DNA of 64,000 nt from Patescibacteria group bacterium (lineage in GTDB: Bacteria > Patescibacteriota > Microgenomatia > Daviesbacterales > UBA10151), in NCBI GenBank assembly GCA_023379125.1, contig JAMCSY010000011.1, forward strand, positions 5,333 through 69,332. Reading direction: 5' to 3'. Position numbers and translations under genes: made by a program. The notes beneath the pieces are model-generated. The model saw nothing but the letters and a program-made list of their open reading frames with translations, was not told the DNA's origin and ran no database searches. Of this stretch, positions 19,164 to 29,475 are shown piece after piece (positions within the stretch are counted from its first letter, which is position 1; every line of letters begins with the position of its first letter).

Positions 19164-19708
19164 TAATTTGTTTTAATTTTTAAGGTAAAACGATAGACAT
19201 TATCTTTCCCCATTGATAAACCATCAAAATCAACCAGCGAGATTAAGTTTTGATTTTTTGACTGATCAGCTAAATCATGAAAAAGTGCATCCATATCCGC
19301 AAGAGAAGTAGTATTTAAAGAGATAATCAGATTATTACTTTTATCTAAAGACAAATCCGTTACTTGCATTCCTGGTGGAAGTAAATTCATAATCAGGCTA
19401 TAGATCTGTTTACGCTTTTGATCACCACCTAGAATGCCTTCGATCGAAGTCAAACGATCCTTGATTAACCAAGCCTGGCTATCTTTATCAGACATGGCCA
19501 ATACTTGATTCTGATCATTAGAGACGCGATCGTTGGCACTATTTAGTGCAGATTGTTGAGTAAGGCGCAAAGCAACTGTAGCTCCTCCTAAAATAACTAC
19601 AAAAACCAGCACACCAAAACTGACCTTTCTTAACAGATCAAACTTGAGATTCTGCTTTTTCTCTTCAAGTAAATCGGTTGGGAGTAAATTAACCGCTAAT
19701 TTATTCAT
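19163..19708 (-). CDS. pilN: Type IV pilus assembly protein PilN-like
   Basis: 181 aa; VNLLP N-motif then TM; start overlaps pilO stop. Confidence 0.55.
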   Translation of the reverse strand: MNKLAVNLLPTDLLEEKKQNLKFDLLRKVSFGVLVFVVILGGATVALRLTQQSALNSANDRVSNDQNQVLAMSDKDSQAWLIKDRLTSIEGILGGDQKRKQIYSLIMNLLPPGMQVTDLSLDKSNNLIISLNTTSLADMDALFHDLADQSKNQNLISLVDFDGLSMGKDNVYRFTLKIKTN

Positions 19709-19726
19709 GATGTTTCCTCACTTGAT

Positions 19727-20755
19727 TTACTCACTGCGCAAGGCTAAACCAACGGCAATGGTATAGTGAGTAGCATTTTCCAAAAGTTTAGCTTGAATTG
19801 AAGCATCTTTTTCAATAAAGTACCAAGGATCAGCTTCTTGAATTTCCAAGCCTAGTTTATTAGCAAAAAAGATTACTAAGCCAGGTAGTTTAGCTCCACC
19901 TCCAGTTAACACCACTCGTTTAATTTGATTCTGGGGGAACTTATTCTCAAAAGCCTGAACAACCCTACCAGATTCAGTCACAATCAGATCCACTAAAGGC
20001 TCTAGGACCTGATAAATTTTGCCACCTAATTGGTCTTGTAGTAAACCATATACTTTTTTATACTCCTCAGCTTGCATCATCTCAAAGTTTAAGTATTGGG
20101 CAATAGCTCTGGTTAAAGCAATTCCGCCGGTTGAGATAGAACGCGTTAACAAAATCATCCCCTTTGAGACCACTGCAAAGTCAGTTGAGGAAGCTCCAAG
20201 CTGCACAATCATAGTGGTTGGAGCATAAGGATTTCCCCCAACTAAAGCCCTAGTAGCCGCAATTAACTCAGTTTCCATCGCCATCGGTTTCAGTTGAATT
20301 TTACTCAAGACTTTGAGGTATTTTGCGACAGTATTTTTAGGTGATGCCACCACAAAAACTGTCGTATTATTGCGTTGCTTACTGCGGTCCATCACTTGCC
20401 AGTACAAATTAACCTGATCTGCTGGTAAAGGTACAAATTCTTCAGCTGAGTATTTAATAGCTGAAGCTAGTTCATCATCAGATAGATAAGGAAGATCACC
20501 AATTACCCGAGTGAAAATTCGTGATTCCGGTAAAGCCACTACAACTTCCTGCGGGGCTTTTAAAGCTTCCATTAAACTCTTAATTGATTTACTGACAGCA
20601 TCCAGATCTAAATCAAATTCTGAATTCATCCCAGGTTGGGGAGTGGGAGTAGAACCAAAAGAGACTAAACGTGGAGTCTTGGCTTTGTGAGATAAAACTA
20701 CTGCTTTAATGGAAAAACTTCCAATATCTATTCCAGTTACATAATCGGCAGCCAT
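19727..20755 (-). CDS. pilM: Type IV pilus assembly ATPase-fold protein PilM
   Basis: 342 aa; actin-like GIDIGSFSIKAVVL, VQLGASSTDFAVV. Confidence 0.8.
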   Translation of the reverse strand: MAADYVTGIDIGSFSIKAVVLSHKAKTPRLVSFGSTPTPQPGMNSEFDLDLDAVSKSIKSLMEALKAPQEVVVALPESRIFTRVIGDLPYLSDDELASAIKYSAEEFVPLPADQVNLYWQVMDRSKQRNNTTVFVVASPKNTVAKYLKVLSKIQLKPMAMETELIAATRALVGGNPYAPTTMIVQLGASSTDFAVVSKGMILLTRSISTGGIALTRAIAQYLNFEMMQAEEYKKVYGLLQDQLGGKIYQVLEPLVDLIVTESGRVVQAFENKFPQNQIKRVVLTGGGAKLPGLVIFFANKLGLEIQEADPWYFIEKDASIQAKLLENATHYTIAVGLALRSE

Positions 20756-20851
20756 ATATAATTTGGATGTTCACACTCATAGTACACGACATTATTTGAG
20801 TGTCTATATCTATTTAAATATGTCTAATCTCAAAATGCAAGAATTGAAAAA

Positions 20852-22651
20852 CTACTTTTCTTGATAGCTACCCTTAATAATACTAAAGGAGCCAGATGGC
20901 CCGGATGAGAAAAACGAAGAAGCCAACCCAGTGTCATAATCAACTACTACGTTGTTTGACAGATTAATTTTCCAAGCTGTAAGCTCTGTCATGTGATTAT
21001 TATTACTGATAACTACCATGCCATAAGGTGCATATAAAACACCTTGATTACCACTATTGGCTACACTGACCGCAGTTGAGCCGTTAGTCCTACTATCATA
21101 AGTAGTTAGGGTAAGCAGATAGCTACCAGCAGTCCCTGAACCCAGCAATCTGCAGCTATTACTCAGAGTAATCACACCATCCACTACGATTACCCCAGAA
21201 GAAGCACCATAAGAGCTATCTAGATTAAGCACCACATTATTACTTAGATTCAAGTAACCAGTAATCCAAACTGGATCTTTGATTGTCACCATACAGTTGT
21301 TAGTAAAAGTAACATTACCAACATATTTACCTGGACCAAGCGTAGTACGACAACTTGAGATATTACCGGTATAAACACCCGCTGCTGTGGCTGCATCTTT
21401 CCAGGCTTGGATATTGGCATCAGATACAGGCATTGCTTTGGCAGGAGGATCAGCAGATCCAGGATAATAATTACCAGCAGAAATGCCGTTGGCAGTTTGA
21501 TAATAAGCACCACCATTAATTAGTAATGAATTTAACGTATTAGCATGAGCATCGCCTTGAACAGTCGATCCATTAGTTCCAGTAATATTAGTTCTGGTAC
21601 CACCCATGAAGGTTTTAAAATCCAAATCGACTAAAGTAGAGTTCCAGATGGGAGTAGTAGCTTGCCAATTTGCTGACCATTTAGCCGCACCTCTAGTATA
21701 ACCTTGACTAGAGTCTGCTGACCAACTCCAATAGTTTGTAGCATTGGAGGTTGTATCTAAAAGGATCCAGTACGTGTTACCAGAGTTTACCTGGGGAGAG
21801 CTAGTAAATGTGACCTCAACAAAACCATAGTTACCTGTCACCAAGCTAGCAGGTAAGGTACCTGAGGCAATCACATTATTTTTATCTGGGGAGCCATTTT
21901 TATCTTTAGTAATTCTGACAGTAATGTCTGGTGGGGAACCGACTTTTTTCAAATTGAGAGAAATTTTATTTAAATAGTCACTAACAGACGGCTTGAAGCT
22001 TTGGGCTACATCCAGCTGATCGTTGCCAGCCACGTTTTTCCCAAAGACAAAATCAGTACAGCTTGGGGTTGTACAAACGCTTTCTTGATCAGGTGCAGGA
22101 GCGACACCTCCTGCTACATACGCATCACCTGTGACAATCGAGTTATTACTCATTGAAACATTACCATTGGAGTAGATTGAACCATTCACTCGTGCTCCAT
22201 TGGACATTTGTAACCCTCCCTCACCAACCTGGACACCATAATTAAAAGAAACTCCTAAACCTTTTGAAGCGGACACTTTGATTGTTCTAGTAACTTTCGG
22301 CTCAGCTTTGGATGGGATATAGCCTGTAGCCTCAATTACTTTAGTGCCTACATCGGGGGTAGTCACAGTTACCGAATATGACCCTTCACCTAACTGAATC
22401 TCACTGTCACCGTTATATGAACCACCAGTTGCATTAAGTGACGCCAGAGCTTTATCGACACCAGCCTCAGCTAAATTAGTTGCTTGAGTCTCTTCCACTG
22501 AATACTTTGCATTATTTGAATATATCTGTGATCCTCCAATAATGACTAAAGTATTAACCAAAACAAGTCCAATCACAATCACACCTAAAATAAGAATCTG
22601 CCCTGATTCTATCGTTGGACAAAATGATTTGTTTAGTTGTCGTTTATTCAT
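20852..22651 (-). CDS. Large pilus-associated protein with PilX_N-like N-terminus (putative tip/adhesin; Asn/Gly/Ser-rich beta-rich body)
   Basis: 599 aa; N-terminal TM + QATNLAEAGVDKALASL (PilX_N-like); repetitive NG/NS-rich sequence. Confidence 0.5.
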   Translation of the reverse strand: MNKRQLNKSFCPTIESGQILILGVIVIGLVLVNTLVIIGGSQIYSNNAKYSVEETQATNLAEAGVDKALASLNATGGSYNGDSEIQLGEGSYSVTVTTPDVGTKVIEATGYIPSKAEPKVTRTIKVSASKGLGVSFNYGVQVGEGGLQMSNGARVNGSIYSNGNVSMSNNSIVTGDAYVAGGVAPAPDQESVCTTPSCTDFVFGKNVAGNDQLDVAQSFKPSVSDYLNKISLNLKKVGSPPDITVRITKDKNGSPDKNNVIASGTLPASLVTGNYGFVEVTFTSSPQVNSGNTYWILLDTTSNATNYWSWSADSSQGYTRGAAKWSANWQATTPIWNSTLVDLDFKTFMGGTRTNITGTNGSTVQGDAHANTLNSLLINGGAYYQTANGISAGNYYPGSADPPAKAMPVSDANIQAWKDAATAAGVYTGNISSCRTTLGPGKYVGNVTFTNNCMVTIKDPVWITGYLNLSNNVVLNLDSSYGASSGVIVVDGVITLSNSCRLLGSGTAGSYLLTLTTYDSRTNGSTAVSVANSGNQGVLYAPYGMVVISNNNHMTELTAWKINLSNNVVVDYDTGLASSFFSSGPSGSFSIIKGSYQEK

Positions 22652-22661
22652 TGCTCTAGAC

Positions 22662-23228
22662 CTACATATTTCTTAAAGTCACTGAAACTTTGGATGTCCT
22701 TTGTGAACTAACTTGACCTGTTTGGGCTAAGACTGTCAAAGAAACCTCGACCACACTGGCTGAAACAGGCGTTACTTGATTACCATTCTTATCATAAAAC
22801 TTATATTGGACATTATCGAGTAGGGTAGTAAGTACCTGATTAGTTGACTTACGACTACTTTGTGGATCGGGAAAAATTTGCATTCGCAGAATGTTGGGAT
22901 TTGTGGGATCGGTTGAAAAAACTACATAGTCATAAGTATCTGGAATAATTTCAGTAGGACCTTCCGAGGCCAGTTTCAAAACCAAAACATGACTACTGGT
23001 AACAAAACTAGGAGTTGCTTCTGGATATCCAGTAGCTACTGCTGAGGCCTGTCTAATCATTGAAGTTAAATTATCCATCGTGTCATTAATGTTTACTCCC
23101 TCGTTAATTACAGCACCTTGTTTGAAAAAGAATCCATTTGAATTAACCAATATACTTATTAAAAAAGTCCCCACCACTAAACCAATCGCGGAGACAATTA
23201 TGACTTCTAGTAAAGAAAAACCTTTCAT
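22662..23228 (-). CDS. Minor pilin (prepilin-type N-terminal cleavage/methylation domain)
   Basis: 188 aa; MKG|FSLLEVIIVSAIGLVVGTFLI. Confidence 0.65.
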   Translation of the reverse strand: MKGFSLLEVIIVSAIGLVVGTFLISILVNSNGFFFKQGAVINEGVNINDTMDNLTSMIRQASAVATGYPEATPSFVTSSHVLVLKLASEGPTEIIPDTYDYVVFSTDPTNPNILRMQIFPDPQSSRKSTNQVLTTLLDNVQYKFYDKNGNQVTPVSASVVEVSLTVLAQTGQVSSQRTSKVSVTLRNM

Positions 23229-23234
23229 AAGCAG

Positions 23235-23666
23235 TTATTGTGCTAATCCACCTTGACTAACAATTGTAGATAAATCTACCGTTTTGTCATCGCCAGATTC
23301 ATTCCAAGCCACACTGACTGTAACTATTTTTGCTTTTTCACCATTTATACAAGCAGGCTCCTGACAATCATTAACTGTGTAGCTGGCTGTTGACTTGGGT
23401 AAACTAGTTAAATCAGGGTCAGTGAAATTATTTGTGCCATTGGAGAGTGAATCATAAGAAAGTTTACGTAAATACTCCAATTCTCGAGTAGCAATATCCT
23501 TAGCAATTGAGGAATGACGACTACGGTTAATTGAGGACACAGATGAGGGTAAATTAGCTACTAGTAGAGCCAAGGCAGCAATAATAACTGTCACTAGAAC
23601 TAACTCAATTACTGAGACTCCTTGTTCAAGATATTTTTGATGTTTATTTTGGGCAGTAAAAACCAT
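23235..23666 (-). CDS. Minor pilin (prepilin-type, PilV-like)
   Basis: 143 aa; QG|VSVIELVLVTVIIAALALL. Confidence 0.6.
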   Translation of the reverse strand: MVFTAQNKHQKYLEQGVSVIELVLVTVIIAALALLVANLPSSVSSINRSRHSSIAKDIATRELEYLRKLSYDSLSNGTNNFTDPDLTSLPKSTASYTVNDCQEPACINGEKAKIVTVSVAWNESGDDKTVDLSTIVSQGGLAQ

Positions 23667-23696
23667 CTTTTTGTTATAAGTATTAGGTCTATTCTT

Positions 23697-24665
23697 TTAT
23701 TTGGTTAAATCACCATTGGAAAAGAGTACATAATCCATAAATGGAGGTAATACATCTTTGTCCTGAAAAATCTGCAGCACTCTTTTTGAATCACCAGACA
23801 CTCCTTCAGATTTAAAAATATGGGCCTGTAAAGGAATAGAATATCCAGAAGGAGGTTCTATCCCCACTGGCTGGCTATAAGCAGTAGAAAAAAGCATTCT
23901 GGCCCTAATCATTAAGGGTGTATCTGCATCATTGTGTTTGATTCCGGCTGCCTGTGACATATTTAAATTAACCTGACAGTAAAATTGCTCAGTTGTAGTG
24001 CCGTCATTAACTGGAATTGGAGCCACAGACGAGCCCCAAACATTACATCCAGAAAAACCAGTAGTATTTGTTCTGGCAGCTGCGCAAGTAGGGTCATTTT
24101 TACAATAGGAGTCGTAATATTTCCTCACAACGTAGTAACCACCGGTGGTATCGCGAAAAGCCATCGTTAGTTCCAATCCAGGTTGCTGTTCCAAATTACT
24201 ACTATAATCTTGCAGATCACCAAAATACAAAGTTAACAAATTACTTTTGCAAAGCATTGGTTTACCGTCTGTGGCCATATAGCCACAGTTTAAATCAGAC
24301 GTAGTAGGATCCACTAACCAAAATTGAGCTACCTCGTCTTTATTCAGTGGAGGAACTGCGAGTGCTGTACCTGTCACAGGAATATCAACTTGCCACTTCA
24401 CATTAGCTAAAGCAGTATTGCCAAAATTTGTGGTAAAAGTATTACTGGAAACACCTGCTCCAACGCTTTCCTGTAAAGCCTTTTCTAAACCTGCCTCTGC
24501 AGCAGCAAAAGCTCGTGAGGAATTTTCTGCTTTGGTAGAATTCGAAATTTCCGTAGTACTACGGCTGATAATCGATAGAGCAATTGCCAATATCACAACC
24601 ATCACTAGCAGCAAAATTACTACTACTTGGCCTGTTTGATTGAGTTTTAAATAATTTTTAATCAT
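23697..24665 (-). CDS. PilX_N-domain pilus assembly protein
   Basis: 322 aa; N-terminal TM + AFAAAEAGLEKALQE motif. Confidence 0.55.
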   Translation of the reverse strand: MIKNYLKLNQTGQVVVILLLVMVVILAIALSIISRSTTEISNSTKAENSSRAFAAAEAGLEKALQESVGAGVSSNTFTTNFGNTALANVKWQVDIPVTGTALAVPPLNKDEVAQFWLVDPTTSDLNCGYMATDGKPMLCKSNLLTLYFGDLQDYSSNLEQQPGLELTMAFRDTTGGYYVVRKYYDSYCKNDPTCAAARTNTTGFSGCNVWGSSVAPIPVNDGTTTEQFYCQVNLNMSQAAGIKHNDADTPLMIRARMLFSTAYSQPVGIEPPSGYSIPLQAHIFKSEGVSGDSKRVLQIFQDKDVLPPFMDYVLFSNGDLTK

Positions 24666-24713
24666 CCCCTGATTCCATCGTATAACAAAACTACTTACAG
24701 CGGCAATTTATTG

Positions 24714-25430
24714 CTAAAACTGTGAGCCTCTGACCATTACTGATGTCTCAAATTGCACACCACTACTATTAACACTTGATTCGAATACTTGACCAGCTGA
24801 GATAGCTTCCTTCACCGCATATCTGATTAAAATCACATCACGATAACCCGAGCTAGAAACTGGCGTAAAAATATTTGCACCCGAAGACTCTTGTACAAAA
24901 GATACTCCATTTTTTAGATCATTAGGATCGCTGAGGTTGATTAAAGTACCAGAAACTGGTGATGTGCACAATTCACTATCTGAGTAGGGAAGTGAGGTAT
25001 CGGAATGAACAGGGATATCAGTAAAATCTTCCCGTGAGATATAGCCATTAGTGCTGACGGTGGGAGAGTGATAGGCAAATTTTGTATACAGTCCACTGGT
25101 AGAGCTGTCTGATGAAAGACCATGCACAACAATAGTTTGACCATCACCACTGATACACATGACTTGCTGAGATTCTCTAATTGTTAAACTCAATTTATCC
25201 ATTACTGATTGACCATTTTGTTTAACCTGATTTAAAGTCTGGACTTTGTTTTCTCCCCGCAGAGTCTGTAGCAAAATATCAGAAATAATAATCATAATCA
25301 CCCCTAAAACAGCAACAGCAACTAACATCTCCACTAAGGTAAACCCAGTATTTACACATTTTAATCCTGTATTATTCTGTCCCCTGTGTAAAAACTTCAG
25401 ACCAGATTTGATACTCCTGTTAATTTGCAT
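24714..25430 (-). CDS. Minor pilin (prepilin-type, PilW-like)
   Basis: 238 aa; NTG|FTLVEMLVAVAVLGVIMIII. Confidence 0.65.
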   Translation of the reverse strand: MQINRSIKSGLKFLHRGQNNTGLKCVNTGFTLVEMLVAVAVLGVIMIIISDILLQTLRGENKVQTLNQVKQNGQSVMDKLSLTIRESQQVMCISGDGQTIVVHGLSSDSSTSGLYTKFAYHSPTVSTNGYISREDFTDIPVHSDTSLPYSDSELCTSPVSGTLINLSDPNDLKNGVSFVQESSGANIFTPVSSSGYRDVILIRYAVKEAISAGQVFESSVNSSGVQFETSVMVRGSQF

Positions 25431-25434
25431 CTGT

Positions 25435-26088
25435 TTATTGTTGGTGATTTGTCAAAACTGTTTGTAAATTTGATTCATGGTTACCGACAGCATCAGTCCA
25501 ACGCACCCTGACTACCACATCCTTCTCGTTATTAGGTTGTTCTGGTGGGTAGCCTGAGTCATATTTATCATAAATAAAAATTTGTCTGGAAAAGCCCGGA
25601 TCCAGCCCTGTATTGTCCCAACTGGCAGAAGAATCATGAATTTCTTGCAAGCTCACTGATAAAGGGTTAGCCAAGTAAAAATAACAACCCAGAGTACCAG
25701 AAACTGCTTTATCAGTATCAGGCGGTGTAATACTACATAAATGATCAGAGGGATCACTTAACACTCGATTCCATAATTCCGAAAAGGGGCAACTGGAGCC
25801 AGTACAAGACCCTCCACCAGTGAAGGTATCTGCACCCCACAATTCTACTGAACCATCCCGATCTCGCACTGCCTGGATTTTTTCAATTGCATCCTGAGCA
25901 TATTTGGTTGCCTTAGCTTGATTTTGGGCAAACTGACTATTATGCAGGCTGTTGATTACAGCAATCGCCAAACCCGTTAAAACTACAGCTGTAATTGCCA
26001 AAACGATTAGGATTTCCACCAGACTCTGCCCCTGTTGAGCTGTTTTCATCTCTTTTTTCCCAGAAAGTTGCCTTTCTAAAAAAGGCAT
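25435..26088 (-). CDS. Pilin-like protein (prepilin-type N-terminus)
   Basis: 217 aa; QQGQ|SLVEILIVLAITAVVLTGLAIAV. Confidence 0.6.
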   Translation of the reverse strand: MPFLERQLSGKKEMKTAQQGQSLVEILIVLAITAVVLTGLAIAVINSLHNSQFAQNQAKATKYAQDAIEKIQAVRDRDGSVELWGADTFTGGGSCTGSSCPFSELWNRVLSDPSDHLCSITPPDTDKAVSGTLGCYFYLANPLSVSLQEIHDSSASWDNTGLDPGFSRQIFIYDKYDSGYPPEQPNNEKDVVVRVRWTDAVGNHESNLQTVLTNHQQ

Positions 26089-26183
26089 TACCTTATTTCA
26101 CTATATGGTGAGGTCTGCAATCTTGTCAATGAATTCCAACTTCTTAATCAGGATTTGGGGCTGTTATCCTAACAAAAAAAGGA

Positions 26184-26870
26184 TTATGGGCAATCTGTGG
26201 CAGAGATACCACCACCCTTGTCAACTATAACGCAAGCCGTATATCCTGCACCGTGAGTTTGCCCCAGCTTGATGGTTGCCTTAGTCCAATCATAAGTAGT
26301 AGGTGACCCACAGCCAATGACAGCATCGGCAGTAATGTTGCTGTATTGGATTTTAAAGTCATTAATGGGCTGGTCATAAGTAAGTACCGAATTACTACAC
26401 GTTACGTTTAATACATTAATTGAGGTAGGAAAGGCATACGCAGCCAAAGGTTGTGGTGTAGGCAAAGGGGGATTGGTAGTATTGGCACATTCTGGCACTA
26501 CTTGAAAACTATAACTAGGCGGGGTACCCCCAGTTACACTTAATACAACATCCCAGCTCGAAGCTTTGTTTTTGGCATCAGCACTAAAGCCACCTTCATA
26601 AGTTGGATCACAAACCACACCACTGGCTGCATTATTTTGAGCTGTCCTGAGTGCTGTTTGTAGCTGAGTCGAGGTATTGTACAAATCTTGAGTATTATTA
26701 AAAACAGTGTACTGAGGAATTAAAATAACAGCAATCGAAGCCATAATACTCACCACAACTAGTAATTCAATTAAAGTAAAACCAATACTCGTATGTCTTA
26801 ACTTTGCCGGTGACTTTCTTTGGCAAAATGTCAAACTTAGATTGATAACAAAAGTAGTAATTTGTGGCAT
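26184..26870 (-). CDS. Pilin-like protein (prepilin-type N-terminus)
   Basis: 228 aa; SIG|FTLIELLVVVSIMASIAVILIP. Confidence 0.65.
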   Translation of the reverse strand: MPQITTFVINLSLTFCQRKSPAKLRHTSIGFTLIELLVVVSIMASIAVILIPQYTVFNNTQDLYNTSTQLQTALRTAQNNAASGVVCDPTYEGGFSADAKNKASSWDVVLSVTGGTPPSYSFQVVPECANTTNPPLPTPQPLAAYAFPTSINVLNVTCSNSVLTYDQPINDFKIQYSNITADAVIGCGSPTTYDWTKATIKLGQTHGAGYTACVIVDKGGGISATDCP

Positions 26871-26908
26871 TAACTAAAAAATAACATGGTTATATCATTA
26901 AAGTCATC

Positions 26909-27388
26909 TTAGGGACCAAGTTCTATATTACACTGAGTTGTACCAGCAGAGAGGCAATTTTGAGTCTGACAACCAGCAACTGTTGTAGGATATGACTGAT
27001 CACCCTCTTTGAGAGCGCATAAATAAAAAGTAGTACAGTTGCGATCATAAGTTGTACAACCACTTGGCAAAGAAAAATATTTATAAACCCTGTTGGTGCT
27101 AGGCGAAGGATCAGCGGGAATATTTGGTAAGTAGACAGGCACCATCTGTGCAGCAAACTCTGATGTTCCGGGATAAGAATGATTAACATTGCGATAAAGC
27201 TCCAGTGCTTGTTTCATCGAACCCAAATCTTTCATCCGTGATTGATCACGAGTGTTCTTCATGATATTAGTATAAACTACCGCGCCCACAGCCACCAAAG
27301 TAGCAATAATCGTCATCACAGCGAGCAATTCTACCAGAGTTAGTCCTTGCTGAAGTTTGTTGTTTAAATGTGTTTTATGGATAATCAT
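26909..27388 (-). CDS. Type IV pilin
   Basis: 159 aa; QQG|LTLVELLAVMTIIATLVAVGAVVY + NTRDQSRMKDL. Confidence 0.65.
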   Translation of the reverse strand: MIIHKTHLNNKLQQGLTLVELLAVMTIIATLVAVGAVVYTNIMKNTRDQSRMKDLGSMKQALELYRNVNHSYPGTSEFAAQMVPVYLPNIPADPSPSTNRVYKYFSLPSGCTTYDRNCTTFYLCALKEGDQSYPTTVAGCQTQNCLSAGTTQCNIELGP

Positions 27389-27885
27389 TGAGGTACTACC
27401 CCAAAATTATAATTAGTAGTATCTGGAGAACAGACAGTTGAGCTTGAGGGAATACTACCTTCTAGCTTGGCACAAAGGTAATATTTGGTACAGTAGTTGC
27501 TCGAGGAGTTGTCACAACCAGCTGCACCTGAAGCATTTTGGGGAAAGTAAGCATAACTTGGCGCTGATTGCGGATCATTGGGCACCTTAGACATATAAGT
27601 CTTCGTTCCATCCGGATTGGTAATCGCTCCTCCGCCGATTAAAATAGTTGCAGGGTAGTAGTTCTGATCTGCATGATATTGTTCAATTGCTGCTTGAATA
27701 TTTCTTAAATCAGACTCTCTTTTAGCATCACGTCCATTCCTTTGTACTGAAGAAAAAGAGATTACAGAAATTGTTGCCAATACCGCAATGATGGAAATTG
27801 TCACTAATAGCTCGATTAAAGTAAAACCGAGGATTTTAGAAGTAGGCATTAACTTCAAGTTAGCATATCTTAGTCCGAGCATCAA
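27385..27885 (-). CDS. Type IV pilin
   Basis: 166 aa; ILG|FTLIELLVTISIIAVLATISVISF + GRDAKRESDLRNIQAAIEQY. Confidence 0.7.
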   Translation of the reverse strand: MMLGLRYANLKLMPTSKILGFTLIELLVTISIIAVLATISVISFSSVQRNGRDAKRESDLRNIQAAIEQYHADQNYYPATILIGGGAITNPDGTKTYMSKVPNDPQSAPSYAYFPQNASGAAGCDNSSSNYCTKYYLCAKLEGSIPSSSTVCSPDTTNYNFGVVPQ

Positions 27886-29469
27886 GTGAGAGTTGACTTA
27901 TTTGTAGGGAAGCTAATAAAGTTGATAAAGTTATTTATAATTAAAGTGATCACCAGACTTATTACTCGTTATCAACTTATTTTTCTCTTTCTCAGCTTGG
28001 CAATCTTTATTGCAATATGCCTCAGATTTTTGCTAGTTTACCCAGCTGTTTGGCCTGATGAGGCAATTTATGCTGATATTGCCAAGCATTATTTAGCACA
28101 AAACCGTTTGGGAACTGATCTTTGGGGAAACACTATTCCAGGCATTCATGACCATGCTTACTGGTACCCACCAGTTTTTTTCTTTTTGATAAATCTTTGG
28201 ATTAATATTTTTGGAGTTAATATTCAAACGCAAAGACTGCTGTCTGTTTTAGCTGGAGGAAGCCTCCTGGTGGTTGTCTATTTGCTCACTAAGCAACTTC
28301 TACAGAAACATTCTAAAAAATCTTTGTTTCTTGTGTTATTTTCTATTTACCCTGTTTTTCTACTCATCAGCAACGCTCGGTACCTTAATGGGGCAAAGGT
28401 CAGCAGACCAGAGATTTTTCTGCTTTTCTTTGGCCTGGTTGCTGTCTATCTTTACCTTTCTCCTACTTTACATAAATATAAAACTTTACAGCCTATATCT
28501 GTTGGTTTTTTAATGAGTTTATCTTACTTAACTCATTTTATTGCTTTTTTCTTTCCACTCGCTGTTGTTATTCATCGTCTTGTCATACACAAAAAAATGA
28601 TCTTGCGGGATAAATTCTTCTATTTATTCTTAGTAGCTTTTCTTATTCCTATCATCTTATGGTTAATTAGTATCTACCCTGATTACAATATCCTATATGA
28701 ACAAGTGAGGTTAGCGATTGATCAAAAAGTAAATACTGGAACCACAATGTGGATCCATATGTATTTAAAGCTCAATAATCTACCCACTCTAGTAAATTAT
28801 TTTATTTATATATTTTTAACTTGGGAATTCTGTTTTGCAGTCTTGGTCAAAAAACAGGCTACCTATTATTTCTGGGCTATTATACTAGTCCTAAGCTGGG
28901 TATTTTCGCTTTATGGTCGGATGTCCTGGTATGTTTTAATTCCTTTGCCTTTTTTAGCGATCACACTATCAATTTACGCTCATGATAATATTCAGCAGAT
29001 TAAAAAACCATTCTTGTCAGCACGTAACTATTATCAGCTGTTGATTATTAGTGGGGTGTGTCTGGTATTAGTTTTAAGTATCGTTGATTTAGTCAGTAAT
29101 TATGATATTCAGTATTCTAATCAAGATTACTATACCTTCGGACAACAACTAAGCAATTTTATCCCTCAAGACAAAAAAGTATTATTAATCTCTTTACCTG
29201 ATGCCTATTTTAGTCTAGAAAAGCAAGGGTATTCCTTGTATGAATTTCCAGTCTTACCAACTTCCCGACAAAATATTGCTGAGCTTGTTAATCAAGCAGA
29301 CTACGTAGTTTTAAATTATCGCCTTGGAACAAGTGATTTTATTGATTATATTAATCCCTATTTACAACTCAACACTCTTGCTAGTACGCGTATTGGCACA
29401 ACATCGGGATATCAAGCCACCGTTATTGAATTAAAAAACAAGAATGAAAGAACCGAACCCCAACAGTAA
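27886..29469 (+). CDS. GT-C fold glycosyltransferase, PMT/ArnT-like (GT39/GT83-like), polytopic membrane protein
   Basis: 527 aa, more than 10 predicted TM segments; first-loop WPDEAIYADIAKHY resembles the DE catalytic motif of PMT_2/ArnT family. Confidence 0.55.
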   Translation: MRVDLFVGKLIKLIKLFIIKVITRLITRYQLIFLFLSLAIFIAICLRFLLVYPAVWPDEAIYADIAKHYLAQNRLGTDLWGNTIPGIHDHAYWYPPVFFFLINLWINIFGVNIQTQRLLSVLAGGSLLVVVYLLTKQLLQKHSKKSLFLVLFSIYPVFLLISNARYLNGAKVSRPEIFLLFFGLVAVYLYLSPTLHKYKTLQPISVGFLMSLSYLTHFIAFFFPLAVVIHRLVIHKKMILRDKFFYLFLVAFLIPIILWLISIYPDYNILYEQVRLAIDQKVNTGTTMWIHMYLKLNNLPTLVNYFIYIFLTWEFCFAVLVKKQATYYFWAIILVLSWVFSLYGRMSWYVLIPLPFLAITLSIYAHDNIQQIKKPFLSARNYYQLLIISGVCLVLVLSIVDLVSNYDIQYSNQDYYTFGQQLSNFIPQDKKVLLISLPDAYFSLEKQGYSLYEFPVLPTSRQNIAELVNQADYVVLNYRLGTSDFIDYINPYLQLNTLASTRIGTTSGYQATVIELKNKNERTEPQQ

Positions 29470-29475
29470 AATTAG